Below are positions 1 to 10,989 of a DNA stretch of 64,000 bases, in pieces. Within the stretch, counting starts at the first letter, position 1; the number at the start of each line of letters is the position of its first letter. Made by a program: the position numbers and the translations under genes. The DNA comes from Cyanidioschyzon merolae (Eukaryota). The stretch lies in NCBI GenBank assembly GCA_000091205.1, contig AP006501.2; one strand, 5' to 3'. The notes under the pieces are model-generated. The model was not told where the DNA came from, searched no databases, and saw only the letters and a program-made list of their open reading frames with translations.

Positions 1-1016
1 TGGGACGTGTGATATCAGCGGTCTCGAGTCACGGAAAAGTGAGAGCGGAAAGGCAGCCTCCGTAGGAGCCGTGCTCTCTCGATCGGGGAACACCCAACTT
101 GTCCGTCTTCAGTTTCGGGCTCCGACTCGATGGGGTACAAGAGGGCATCACACGCCAAAGCAACGAAGCATGCGCTGCGTTCAGCCGTAGCCGCAGGTTC
201 CGCTCCTGCCCCGTTCACGTTTCACCGCTTCTGACGACGCTTATAAAGTCACGGGGGTGGTATCGAGCTGTGTTCTGCATATAATTTTCAAGACAAGGCG
301 CCCGATTCCAAGTGCTCGGTGTCCAGACACCCGCCATATGAGTCAACGTGCATGCTGGTCGATGTCATCATCGGATATGTGCTCAATGAACTTTCCTATT
401 TAGGTAGCTCGCAAACTCGACGGACGCAGCCCTTCATGCATTCAGAGTATACGCAATCCCAAGCGCCCATCCCTTCTGTAAGGACCAAGTTTACGGCGAG
501 GACGCCAAAACGTTGCAGGAAATGCACGTGAACGGCTCCCGGTATAGGTGTGTACTGGACTCGTTGGAACGGAGCCGCTCGAACTGCCACATATCGTCTG
601 CGAAAGTGAAACCGAAACACCGACTAGGTATGAGTCAGCGATATCTGAGGCGGCTTTGACACACGTAAGCCGCCTACGCAGCGCACGTCGCACTGTTGTG
701 TTCGGGATGAAACTTCCCCAGCTGGGCTGGGTGGCACTCAGAGAGCCACCCAGTCTCGTTTACGCTATGAATATAGAATTGGTATCGGCGGGATCCGTAT
801 TCGTGCCTTCTAGAAGAGGCTGCGAAGCGGGTACGGCACCGGCGCAGGAATGGAGCGCATGCTTTTCCGCATATCGCGGAATAAAGCGAAACGGGTCCAT
901 TTTGCACACGCAGGCTGAACGATAGTCTTTCAAGTGAATCTCGTTTCATTCCCAGTTGCTGTGTATATTCGGCGGTCGAAACAAATATGAAATGAACACC
1001 ATGGATCGTTGACGAA

Positions 1017-1661
1017 TTGCCTGAAGGATATCTACACATCTTTACTGAACAATGCAAAGAGGGCTGCATTCCTCCTTCGGATTCGTCACACCACAGTACT
1101 CTGATGGTTGACGAGCACAGAAAGAAACAAGTAGATGCGCTGCATGCCAAAACCCGGTATTCACAAAGACTGTTTGCGGTCAATGGGAGACAACGACCTG
1201 TTGTTCACCTTACGGGAGATGAAAGCGACAATAGTAGCCACCATGGGCGTCTCTGTTTCTCGACAGCTCATTCGTATGGTCTCGAAAACACTGGGATACA
1301 ATCGCAAAAAAAGAGTCCTTGTTCAACCACGGCCATTTTCCACCGAAATCGCAACCACAACAAAGATCCTGAAAAGTCACTACCGGTATGAAGCAGAGGG
1401 ACGTGGGTTTGTTTTTTTTCCAGTCGGTGAAACTTCCTTCGGACGAAACGATCGGTGCGTATATGGGTATTCAGGGGCGATGGGCGCCCGGTCTACGTAC
1501 GATCGAAGTCGAAGAGAACGAGGATAACATCGTCTGCTCTAGCTGCAATGGATTCATTTGGTGGCCACAGTTTCGTTCGCAGAGAAGCCACATACCATAG
1601 CACCCTTTTCGTCGATTCATTGAAGACTGTTCTTCGACGCCTCACGGGGTCCTTCTATTAA
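1017..1661 (+). pseudogene. Tc1/mariner-like DDE transposase, N-terminal part only (HTH plus start of catalytic core), frameshifted
   Basis: ORFs 1017-1391, 1135-1527 and 1455-1661 in three frames align to Tc1 transposase. The HTH block SVS..R.L.......GY.RKK..L.....P matches Tc1 LSVSCRTVRRRLLEVGLRGCVSRKKPL. FVFFPVGETSFGRNDRCVYGY corresponds to Tc1 VVFSDESKFELFGSDGRQYVRR. ITSSALAAMDSFGGHSFV corresponds to Tc1 TVKFGGGSVMVWG. Frameshifts occur between blocks and the first catalytic Asp context is degenerate. Confidence 0.5.
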
Positions 1662-2032
1662 GCAACCTAGTGTTTGACCATTCCAGTGGCGTTCCAGCTT
1701 TTGCGGATTCTATCTGGTAATATAGCTGCTTTTCATTTCTCCGCACACTCTGTGGTTCATGCCCATCGAAGCACCGTAAGCTGTCTTATAACGTAATGAT
1801 CGCTCCACTGGGCGAATCACTGATGCGTTTAGTACACGGTAACACTCCGAGGCACGTGCTGTCTTTGTTTCGCAAACCCTTCTCCTTCCGGGAAGGTCCT
1901 CGTCCAAGGGCATAGAGAACTGCGTTTATTTCGAAGAAATAAGAAACCTGAGGGGCGAGCTGAGGTGTGCGCACTTTACCAGGTCGCGTTTGAGAAACCC
2001 CAGCGCAGCGCTTTGGCGATAGAAACGCACGC

Positions 2033-2230
2033 GGAGCTGGCGGAGCACCAAATGGCACAGAGGGCACGCGTTCGAGGACTCCCTGCATTGGTGACTTCAA
2101 CCAGTGGTAATACATGGAAGGAGTTCTTGAACTGAGACTTCAACGCTGCAATTAATAGCAGAAGATATGCGATACTGAAGATGAAACCCACGGAGCTGAC
2201 GTGATCCAGCTTTGTGGAGCAGCATCTCAA
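2033..2230 (+). pseudogene. Fanzor/TnpB C-terminal (RuvC-III) fragment with an in-frame stop
   Basis: The plus-strand frame reads LPALVTSTSGNTWKEFLN*DFNAAINSRRYAILKMKPTELT. This aligns with the element-B ORF GLLALVSTTPNGKKLMEFMNRDFNAAINIRKYALMEKRPPELT. The Arg codon of the RD motif has become TGA. Confidence 0.5.
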
Positions 2231-2367
2231 GGTCGAATTGCATCAGGAGAAGTTGATGCCAGTGGTAGGTGGCCAGTCAAAAAACGCTGGGAGGCGTCTA
2301 TGAGAAGGTGGATATATGTACCCTACATGGTGGTGGGGCATTATTTGTTTCACTGACTGTAGCGTAT

Positions 2368-3117
2368 TGGTCACTTTTCACTGTCATGAACGACAGGAAC
2401 TTTTGCGTGCCTCTTCTGTGACTGCTTCCTTTTCCTCGATCCCCGATCTGTGGATTTCAATACGCAGGTCTCGCTTGTCGATCCAGCTCCGCTATCAAAG
2501 AATTTGACGCCCAGAGTGAAGCTCCCGTCTATGCTTCGCTTGGCATTGTCGATCTCTGTGTATACAGCGTCGGTGCGACCCTCGAAGCGCTTGCTCGTCC
2601 GTATGGTCAAGTGTTCCCAGGGGTGTCCAGTGCACCTCCTCCTCCTCAGAGCGCCGTCCTGCCGAACGTTAACGCTTGCTATGTCGCTCGGTACATGCCC
2701 CTGACTGATACGGAACGCTGCCATCGGCGCCCGCACTCCGCTCCCGAGTCCGATGCCGTACCCTACGACCACGAGCTTGTTCTGGGCAACGCTCTCGGCG
2801 AGTGCGCTACCCGACGCACACGAGAGCGCTCACTGTCCCATTCAAAAACGTGTTTGTGGGAAGCGGTGTCGCTCATGGTGAATAAGCACCGAGCGGGAAA
2901 TCCAGGATACGGAACAAGTCGAGCGATATCGATCCGTCTCTGCGCTCTTCGAATAATACCTTGTCGCGTTTTTTTGCACTGGAAGCGAATGCTGCGATGG
3001 CTCAAGCCCAAGTCCGAGACCTTTCCTATGGAGAGAAAAGAGGCAGGGAGCGTCGAAGAGCGTGTCCTCTGACAGGTATGATGCTGCTCGGGATTGTCGA
3101 TTTATCGATTGCTACAA
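2368..3117. repeat. Direct repeat, copy 1 of 2 (about 750 bp, near-identical to 5587-6336)
   Basis: A sequence beginning ggtcacttttcactgtcatgaacgaca and ending gattgctacaaag recurs 3219 bp downstream. The embedded ORFs (2371-2772 minus, 2611-3072 plus) differ from their counterparts by only a few residues, implying about 97-98% nucleotide identity. No protein domain was recognised. Confidence 0.85.
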
Positions 3118-3703
3118 AGAAGGGCGGATTTTTCAACTAGAAGGATATCCATCGTCTGACGAAACAAGTTCTGTAAACTTTCTGAACGAGCTTGTGAACA
3201 AATCGTTGAAGACGCCGTGGAGGTGTTTCCTCGACAATCCAGCAGCGCGCATAGCAGCGCGCGCGAGTTGCCTTGAAACAGAAAGATCGATGACTTGGAG
3301 AATATTTAATTGCTTCAATTTACACATCATGAATGGAGAAGACTATAGTCTTCTCCATATGCATTGCATCGCGATATCACATAAATGACAAAATTTTGTC
3401 CGAGAACGTCGCATATTGCCTTTTATTCCGATGACGTGACAAACTCCAACGACGAAGAGGCCAATGATCTACATCGAAAAGACGACCGAGAATTCCAAAT
3501 TTTCGTGCGAATCGGTAAATACCCTATTCCTACACATCGAACGTTGAGGATGTGCATCCAAAACAAGTTCGGAAAGAAACCTCAAGGCGGGAGCGAACCA
3601 TGGAGTTCAGGGCTCCACGTTCATCCAACAGAGATGCAGGCTGGGAAGCGGTTGCACCAGGTCGTCTGCAGAGCCTGCCCCATGCTCTCTTCAAATCGAA
3701 TGT

Positions 3704-5002
3704 TTAAATCGACTGACAGATACGCAGCAGCCGCACTCCGTTACCAGAAGCGAGACGCTCTAGCCGCCATAGAGTATGCGCATCGACTGCGTGGAAAACC
3801 TTGTGATCCTGGAAGTCCTTGAGTATTCGTTGTATTTCGTCGCTGTGAAACCGCGGTATTTCCTGGATCACTGGTTGCAAATTCGACGGAAGTTCCTGGT
3901 CCACCCATCGGGCAGCCTGACTGCCGTCAGGGTCCCGCTGCATTGCCGGTGTTGGTCGGTGCAGAACAGAGCCCACAACGCGAGACGCCCGCACACGTCC
4001 GAGGCCCCGAGCGCTGGTCTCCGCGCATAGCACCAGTCCACGTCGCATTCGAGCCCCGAAGCGCGTAAACATGTTCCATGCGTTCAGCGGACGAAGGCTA
4101 CGAAGCGCACTGGCATGCAAGAAACGTCCCTTTTTCTGCGGATGCCGAATGCTCGTGAGTGCATTCAACAAATTCCAATCATCGATTGCAAAGAGCACAG
4201 GAACCTGTCGGACACATTGAAGTTGGCGCAGAAAAAGCCGATAAGTCCGACCAAAGGCATCCAGGTTCAACTCGGCGAGCTCACCTTCCAGTCGGCGGCC
4301 AGATTGCAAGCAGGCATCCACCAGTCCCAACAGGTTGGTATGCTGATCAGTAGACGTGGCGGTCTGGCGCGCCACATCTCCGTCCCGCGCTTCATCATCG
4401 AGGTCACTCTCCCGAAGCAGTTGCTCCGTAGGAAGACAGGTAATGGATTCCAGCGTTCGGGCATGGACCTGGCGACACGCCTGCAGGCTGTCAAGCACCA
4501 GACGAGCCTGATCGAAGAAAAGAGGTTCGCGCAACAAGCTCGCACTCCGTGCACCTCGAGGTCGCGGTGTTAGAACCACGTCACAAGAGTCGCGTTCATG
4601 TAGCCAGTGGTACAGGTTTGGCAGATAGAACACCAGCCAGTCCTGCTCACGAGCTCGCTCGACAGCGTGAAATAGACTCGTGCTCTTCCCGGAACCTGGT
4701 GGGCCACGAAGCAGCACACATCGCGTACCTTGCCAGAGCGGATCAGATCGCTCTTGAACCAGCTTCCACACGTCTGCGTCTGCCTGACGCCAAAGCAGTT
4801 TCAGGGCAGTTTTCGTTTCTGTACTGTGCCGTTTGCTGGCGTCTGCGCCGTGGACCTCCGTCCAACGAGCGAGCACCCCTTTGGGCCAAGCCTCCGGAAC
4901 CAGACGGTGACTCAACACTCGAAACTCATTAACAACAGCTGGGGTATGATACAAACGACCAAGCAGCAGACACGTGCTGAACACTGGCCTGCAAGCCCGC
5001 AT
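3704..5002 (-). CDS. DAP3: Mitochondrial ribosomal protein S29 / DAP3-family P-loop protein
   Basis: The 432-aa ORF contains LLRGPPGSGKSTSLFHAVERAREQDWLVFYLPNLYHW. This matches the DAP3 P-loop region [34 protein letters not shown]. Protein length is appropriate for the family. Confidence 0.65.
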   Translation of the reverse strand: MRACRPVFSTCLLLGRLYHTPAVVNEFRVLSHRLVPEAWPKGVLARWTEVHGADASKRHSTETKTALKLLWRQADADVWKLVQERSDPLWQGTRCVLLRGPPGSGKSTSLFHAVERAREQDWLVFYLPNLYHWLHERDSCDVVLTPRPRGARSASLLREPLFFDQARLVLDSLQACRQVHARTLESITCLPTEQLLRESDLDDEARDGDVARQTATSTDQHTNLLGLVDACLQSGRRLEGELAELNLDAFGRTYRLFLRQLQCVRQVPVLFAIDDWNLLNALTSIRHPQKKGRFLHASALRSLRPLNAWNMFTRFGARMRRGLVLCAETSARGLGRVRASRVVGSVLHRPTPAMQRDPDGSQAARWVDQELPSNLQPVIQEIPRFHSDEIQRILKDFQDHKVFHAVDAHTLWRLERLASGNGVRLLRICQSI

Positions 5003-5586
5003 GAACAGCTTGAAGCTTGGTGCTCAGGGAGCGTTCCCCGGAACGTATACTTGCCCAGTATTGCTGGGGCCGCCTCGCCAGTCGCCCCACGAGCACCGGG
5101 ACCCTGCGTTGCGATGTTGCGATCCCCGGGGAGCATTACTGAATGAGAGCAAACAAGGATCACCCAGCGCGAAGCTGTAAACGGTATCTAGGAAAGCCCC
5201 GGGTCGTCCGTTCATGACCTTGTCCACTTCATGGCGCGTAAAGCAGACATCCTTCAGGAGAACATGAGGCGCTGACGCGAGCCTGCCGCTGGTCGAGTCT
5301 GCCAGAGGGCCTAGCGCGCTGCTGCGAGCGTTTCACGCGGGCACCAGGGCTTTTCGATAGACTTGAGGACGTCGGCTGGAAGCAAGTCTGCCAGTGATGG
5401 ACACGAGGTGAGTGCATGAGATGTGCGAGTATGCCAACTCAAGCTGGAGCTGTTTCAGAGACAACCCAGACGACATATTTTCCATGGAATAGATGCAATA
5501 ATCTGGATGCGCATACAACATCAGCTGTTTCAGAATATGGAGGAAATGGGTCCAGCGCGCTCCCTCGGGCGTACATACGAACATTT

Positions 5587-6336
5587 GGGTCACTTTTCAC
5601 TGTCATGAACGACACGAACTTTTGCGTGCCTCTTCTGTGACTGCTTCCTTTTCCTCGATCCCCGATCTGTGGATTTCAATACGCAGGTCTCGCTTGTCGA
5701 TCCAGCTCCGCTGTCAAAGAATTTGACGCCCAGAGTGAAGCTCCCGTCTATGCTTCGCTTGGCATTGTCGATCTCTGTGTATACAGCGTCGGTGCGACCC
5801 TCGAAGCGCTTGCTCGTCCGTATGGTCAAGTGTTCCCAGGGGTGTCCAGTGCACCTCCTCCTCCTCAGAGCGCCGTCCTGCCGAACGTGAACGCTTGCTA
5901 TGTCGCTCGGTACATGCCCCTGACTGATACGGAACGCTGCCATCGGCGCCCGCACTCCGCTCCCGAGTCCGATGCCGTACCCTACGACCACGAGCTTGTT
6001 CTGGGCAACGCTCTCGGCGAGTGCGCTACCCGATGCACACGAGCGCGCTCACTGTCCCATTCAAAAACGTGTTCGTGGGAAGCGGTGTCGCTCATGGTGC
6101 ATAAGCACCGAGCGGGAAATCCAGGATACGGAACAAGTCGAGCGATATCGATCCGTCTCTGCGCTCTTCGAATAATACCTTGTCGCGTTTTTTTGCACTG
6201 GAAGCGAATGCTGCGATGGCTCAAGCCCAAGTCCGAGACCTTTCCTATGGAGAGAAAAGAGGCAGGGAGCGTCGAAGAGCGTGTCCTCTGACAGGTATGA
6301 TGCTGCTCGGGATTGTCGATTTGTCGATTGCTACAA
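5587..6336. repeat. Direct repeat, copy 2 of 2 (near-identical to 2368-3117)
   Basis: Same sequence as 2368-3117 with a few substitutions, for example ORF 5830-6291 against ORF 2611-3072. It is in direct orientation and lies on the other flank of the DAP3-like gene. Confidence 0.85.
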
Positions 6337-6984
6337 AGCGAAGAGTCATCGACTTTTCGGAAAACATCGGTTAATTGGCCTGATAGATTCACAGATCTTT
6401 CATCATGATCACTGAGACGAGACTCCAAGGGATAGGTCGATGTTTGTCCTCGTCAATGTCGCAGCGCGAATTGTTGCTCCCGCAAGCTGCCCTGAGACAG
6501 AGGGATAAAAAACTACATGTACGCATGATTTCAGCATGCTACAAGTAATAAAAGGAGCATAAATGAGACTTGTTCATAGCAACTGACGAAACATATCTGC
6601 TACTTACATAAACCTCGTTCAAGATCAGCGCGAGTCACCGCAATGCTCGTGATGCTACGAAATCCAGCGGCAACGCGTCGAATGAGTCACGCTGAAAAGA
6701 CAACTGCGAATCCTAAATCTACGTAAACATCTGTCATTTCGATGCTGTACACATAGAAAAAAACCCGGAAAACCTTCGTACAGGAGCAGAGTAAGCATTT
6801 CCGCGTTCTATATGCATCCGTAACCAGTGTCGCACGCCCATCGCTCGTGCAAACATCGTGCCACAGTAGACCGCAGACACAGATGCTCCAGGTTGAAGAC
6901 GCTCACCTACACTACATGCAGTGCTTCATATTACCAGATCCATAAAATATTTAGGGAAGGGCTCGGATACCTCACCGCAGGTTC

Positions 6985-9900
6985 ATGAACCTGCGTAGAG
7001 CTCATAGAGAGCGCATGGCAAGGGGCATCGATCCCGTGGACGCTGGCGTCCGCTGCGGATGTCCTGCACGTGAGGCACCGGCAACGCGTTCCGTGCTGAA
7101 GCGCCAGCACAAACGTCCGTTGACGCTGAGCTGTATCATGTTCTCGGGACGGAGAGAGCGTGACCCAGCAGAACCCAGAGATCAGCTTCAAGGAGATAGC
7201 TATTATACAGAAGCCGGTAGCACGGAGCAGAACCCGCTTGTCGACCTGGACCTTGTGCGCAGTCGCCGTTTGGCGCGGTTTACCACCAAGTCGACGGCAG
7301 CGGACTCGTCGGGTGCTGTCGCTGAAACTTCTGCAACTGCTGGGCAGCACTCGAGCCGACCGGCTTGTGAGCGACCAGAGAATAAAACTGGGACTGAAGA
7401 GCGAGTCTTGCATCGGGCGGAAAGTGAAAAAGCACCGAGTGTGGAAGCGTGCCCGGCACCACAACGAAAAGCAGCCCCGGCTGTTTCTGAAAAGGAACTC
7501 GTGCACCAGAGCCTCTTGCGCATTTTGAATCTCTCGAGTGCGGAACTAGAAGAAATCTGGGCGAGAGCTGGTGTCGCTGCGTCGCAAGCGCCGACGCACC
7601 TAACCGTTGCTGAACTCGATACGGTGCTGGCGGAACGACTCCAGGATCCTCGCATCGTAGATGCGCTCTCCTACTTGATACTTTGCTACCAACGACTCCG
7701 TCAGGAGCTGGCCTCAATCCAAGCGGCTCGTTCACAGGTGTTGCGTGAGAGCCTGGGCAATGCGCTACCGCTTGTTGTGACCTATGCGCGAACATGTCTC
7801 TGGGAGCCGCACCTCTTCGTCTCAGGTCGTCGTTGGCCAGCGGAGAGCGCTCCACACGAGGCTGCCGCATTATGGCTCGTGGAGCAGTTTCAAAAACAGC
7901 AGATACCAGCAGAGGGCGATGCAGCAATCCTGCCACCAGCCATGTACGCGGACCTGGTGCACTGGTGGGCTCGCGACGCACCCGACGAACTCGAGCAACT
8001 GTTTCCAGTATTCTTTCGTGGCCTGGTGGAAAGCGCTCGTGCGGAACTGGATCAGATTTTTCTGCAGAGGTCACAGCTGTCATGTTTACGAGCTTTGGGA
8101 AGCGCGCTAGAGCCGCATGAGGCCTTGAACGCATTCGTGTCGATGGCGGATTTCGTTGCAGTGGATACCCGAAACAACGTCCGGTCGCTTCTTGGGCCAT
8201 TCCTGACACCAACAGCTCTACACTATGAGGACGATCGCGTTTCAAGGGCGCTCTTGCCGAACAACGTATCAACCGAAAGCGAGACCGCTGAGCGGGACGC
8301 GATCTCGGCTGTGCAGTGGTCTCTGGACACGCTACGCGACGGCTTGTACCGGCTCTTGATGCGACTTTTGCGCGCTGGACCGTATCCTCGTGAGCGAGTT
8401 CTCACCTGGCTGGCGAACCAGCTTAACCAGAATCGGGAAAGGATGAAACTGCAGGCCGCAACCGCAGAAACATGCACGGACGGGTACATGCTGAACCTTA
8501 CGGATGTCCTGCTGCGCCTTGCAGCGCCTTTTGCTGACCCGCGCTCCCCCAAACTGCAGTCCATTCCAATCAAATGTCTATACGATCATCATCGAATCCG
8601 CTTGGCGGAGCAGGAGACGCGCGTCGGATGCGATTATGCGGAAGCGCAGCGTCTACAAGCCGACTATTTGCAGCAGCAGCAGCAGCAGCAGGCCGGGAAT
8701 CCCTACGCATTCATTCCCGAATGTTTTTTCCTGACGACGCGTGCACTTCAGCTCACATATCTGCCATTTTTGCAGTATTATCGAGAGGAAATCTTGCATC
8801 AACTGCAGCGGCTTGAAGAGATGCGCGAGGAACTGAATCTCGCGCAACAGCAACAGCAGCAGCAACCGGTATCTTCGATGCAGCAACTGGAACAACAGCT
8901 GATGCGAAGCCAGTGTGAGCGAGCCATCGCCGGTCTCCGACGTGATCGCCAATCCTGCCTCTTCTATTTGTTCGATAGCGGCTCACTGGATCGTCTTTTG
9001 CAATTTTTAGCTGCGCTGGCGGCATACATCATGCAAATAGCAGGTTTTGCCGGACGCTTACCGCTGCCTGCTCAGGATGCGGCTTCTGTACCCCGGGAGT
9101 ACGCCTTGTTACCCGAGTCAATTTTTGAGCTGCTGGCTGAGGTGCTCCAATCGATCGTACAGCTGCGCTTGCCCGTGCCGCTGACCACGGTGGGCGCCCT
9201 CTTTCCCCAGTTTGTAGAGTTCGCTACCATGCTGCTTTCGAATACGTTCTACTTGCGGAACATACATATCCGCGCACGCTACGCTGAATGGCTCGCACAA
9301 ATGTTCCCGGCGATAGGGAACGAGCTGCGCCATGCGCTCGGAGCAGTGCATCTACCGCCCGAATTCGAGGCCGCTTTTCTCGGCAATGAACAGGTCGTTG
9401 AGAATCTGCCACCAGCTCTGATGCAGCTCTATATCGATGTGGAGCGTACTGGAACGCATACACAGTTCTTCGACAAGTTCTCGATGCGATTCTACATGAG
9501 TGAGGTACTGGTGGCCATGTGGCGGGTCCCGGCGTATGCGCGTGTGCTCCGACGCCTCGCCTCGACGCGAGAGGGACTTTTCGTACATTTCAGCAATATG
9601 CTCTTTAATGATGCCAATTTCTTGCTTGATGAGTCGTTGCAAGCCCTGGCAGAAATCCACGAACTCGAGCGGCTTCTAGAGCCGAATTCGATACAGGGTC
9701 AGGCTCTGGAGCCGCAGGCTCGCGAAGAGAAACGCAAGCGCCTGCTTCAGTTGCAGCGTCAGGCCAAGTCGTTCAACCAGCTTGCCAACAGCAGTATTCG
9801 CTTGATGGTGACGCTAACCGAGGAGGTGCGGCAGCCGTTTTTGCGACCGGAACTGCTGGATCGTCTAACGAACATGCTGAACTATTTCTTGGTGGCACTT

Positions 9901-10458
9901 TGCGGGCCGCGTTGCGAGAACCTCGTTGTTCAGGAGCGTCATCGGTACGAATGGGAACCGCGCCAGCTATTATCCCAGATCCTGCGGATTTATCTGTCGA
10001 TGCACGATCCGCTTCGGGATCGTGACGGCACCAGACGCTTCTGTTGCTCAATAGCAGCTGACGGGCGCTCGTATCGACCGGAGGTTTTCGAGCGGGCGGC
10101 GCAGATAGCTGCAACGCGGGGCCTCTTGACGCCTGCCGAGTGCCAACGATTTCACGAACTCGTCGAGTCCGTGGCGATCTGTGCTAAGGAGCTTGTTGCC
10201 GAGGATGAGGAGCTCAGCGAAGCACCCGACGAATTCCTAGATCCGATTCTGGCAACCCTGATGCAGGATCCCGTCATGTTGCCATCGAGTCGCAAAATCG
10301 TGGATCGCTCGACCATCGTGCGACATTTGTTGAGCGATCCGCACGATCCATTCAACAGACAACCGCTGAGAATAGAGGACGTGATCCCGCAACCAGCGCT
10401 CAAAGAACAGATTACGAGCTGGCTACAAGAGAGACAGGGAACGCGGCGTGTCTCGTGA
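6985..10458 (+). CDS. UFD2: Ubiquitin conjugation factor E4 (Ufd2-type, C-terminal U-box)
   Basis: The 1157-aa ORF ends with a U-box: [65 protein letters not shown] long helical Ufd2-core-like region lies upstream, with poly-Q tracts encoded by CAG runs at 8671-8691 and about 8846-8866. The exact start Met is uncertain; alternative Mets lie at codons 11 and 52. Confidence 0.85.
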   Translation: MNLRRAHRERMARGIDPVDAGVRCGCPAREAPATRSVLKRQHKRPLTLSCIMFSGRRERDPAEPRDQLQGDSYYTEAGSTEQNPLVDLDLVRSRRLARFTTKSTAADSSGAVAETSATAGQHSSRPACERPENKTGTEERVLHRAESEKAPSVEACPAPQRKAAPAVSEKELVHQSLLRILNLSSAELEEIWARAGVAASQAPTHLTVAELDTVLAERLQDPRIVDALSYLILCYQRLRQELASIQAARSQVLRESLGNALPLVVTYARTCLWEPHLFVSGRRWPAESAPHEAAALWLVEQFQKQQIPAEGDAAILPPAMYADLVHWWARDAPDELEQLFPVFFRGLVESARAELDQIFLQRSQLSCLRALGSALEPHEALNAFVSMADFVAVDTRNNVRSLLGPFLTPTALHYEDDRVSRALLPNNVSTESETAERDAISAVQWSLDTLRDGLYRLLMRLLRAGPYPRERVLTWLANQLNQNRERMKLQAATAETCTDGYMLNLTDVLLRLAAPFADPRSPKLQSIPIKCLYDHHRIRLAEQETRVGCDYAEAQRLQADYLQQQQQQQAGNPYAFIPECFFLTTRALQLTYLPFLQYYREEILHQLQRLEEMREELNLAQQQQQQQPVSSMQQLEQQLMRSQCERAIAGLRRDRQSCLFYLFDSGSLDRLLQFLAALAAYIMQIAGFAGRLPLPAQDAASVPREYALLPESIFELLAEVLQSIVQLRLPVPLTTVGALFPQFVEFATMLLSNTFYLRNIHIRARYAEWLAQMFPAIGNELRHALGAVHLPPEFEAAFLGNEQVVENLPPALMQLYIDVERTGTHTQFFDKFSMRFYMSEVLVAMWRVPAYARVLRRLASTREGLFVHFSNMLFNDANFLLDESLQALAEIHELERLLEPNSIQGQALEPQAREEKRKRLLQLQRQAKSFNQLANSSIRLMVTLTEEVRQPFLRPELLDRLTNMLNYFLVALCGPRCENLVVQERHRYEWEPRQLLSQILRIYLSMHDPLRDRDGTRRFCCSIAADGRSYRPEVFERAAQIAATRGLLTPAECQRFHELVESVAICAKELVAEDEELSEAPDEFLDPILATLMQDPVMLPSSRKIVDRSTIVRHLLSDPHDPFNRQPLRIEDVIPQPALKEQITSWLQERQGTRRVS

Positions 10459-10464
10459 GCGGGT

Positions 10465-10466
<2 letters not shown>

Positions 10467-10492
<26 letters not shown>
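10467..10492. repeat. (CTG)n trinucleotide microsatellite just 3' of the Ufd2 stop
   Basis: gctgctgctgctgctgctgctgctgct read directly from the sequence. Confidence 0.9.
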
Positions 10493-10495
<3 letters not shown>

Positions 10496-10989
10496 TATAT
10501 CGGCGAGCGCGCGTACTGGACGAGATATCTGGTTTCGGGGAGCTCGCTGCCACTGCGATACACTAAGCTGATCCGACCTGCGTAAACTGACCGAGAAAAT
10601 GGAGCAACGGCACACCATGATCGTCGACAAATGGACCGGACAGATCGTCTCCGGTGTTGATACACGGCGCTCTCGTGAATCTGGATTCCTGACCTGGACC
10701 GCACGAGTGCGCTGTTCCAGGCGGGATTCCCATGCCCTCTCACCTGGCTACTGTTTTTTCTCATCGCAAGTCTTCGGCGTTTCCGTACAGTGCCCAAACG
10801 GAGTACGAAACGATGACCACGAAACTTTGCTCGATACAAAGCCAGTCGTCGCTCCAAAAGCACACGGCGATGCCGGGTATTGATCCAAGCGTCCAAGTCC
10901 GGATGCGGAAGGAGCTCGTGTGTATTGCTGCAGGTGGAATCTCGATATTGCAAGCATCTCACCTGTTATTGCCTCGCGGTGTGAGGTTC

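Larger units (their letters stand above)
995..2260 (+). mobile_element. Composite transposon relic, copy 1: frameshifted Tc1/mariner-like transposase N-terminus followed by a Fanzor/TnpB C-terminal fragment
   Basis: The region is homologous to 17948-19385 read on the opposite strand. Protein-level matches include MVDEHRKKQVD vs MVEEHWDRQKEM and ATMGVSVSRQLIRMVSKTLGY vs GATGVSVPQQLVPVILKTLGY. Both copies have the same internal order (Tc1-like HTH, then GGxS block, then RDFNAAINI-like tail). Confidence 0.5.

Noticed and set aside
2371-3072. ORFs inside the 750-bp direct repeat (133 aa minus, 153 aa plus, duplicated at 5590-6291)
   Set aside because: Both strands are open over the same sequence and no motif was recognised. 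The ORFs are duplicated only because the DNA is duplicated, so they are treated as non-coding repeat sequence.
7280-8272. 330-aa minus-strand ORF
   Set aside because: It is fully antisense to the well-supported Ufd2 coding region. It is a GC-rich open frame artefact.
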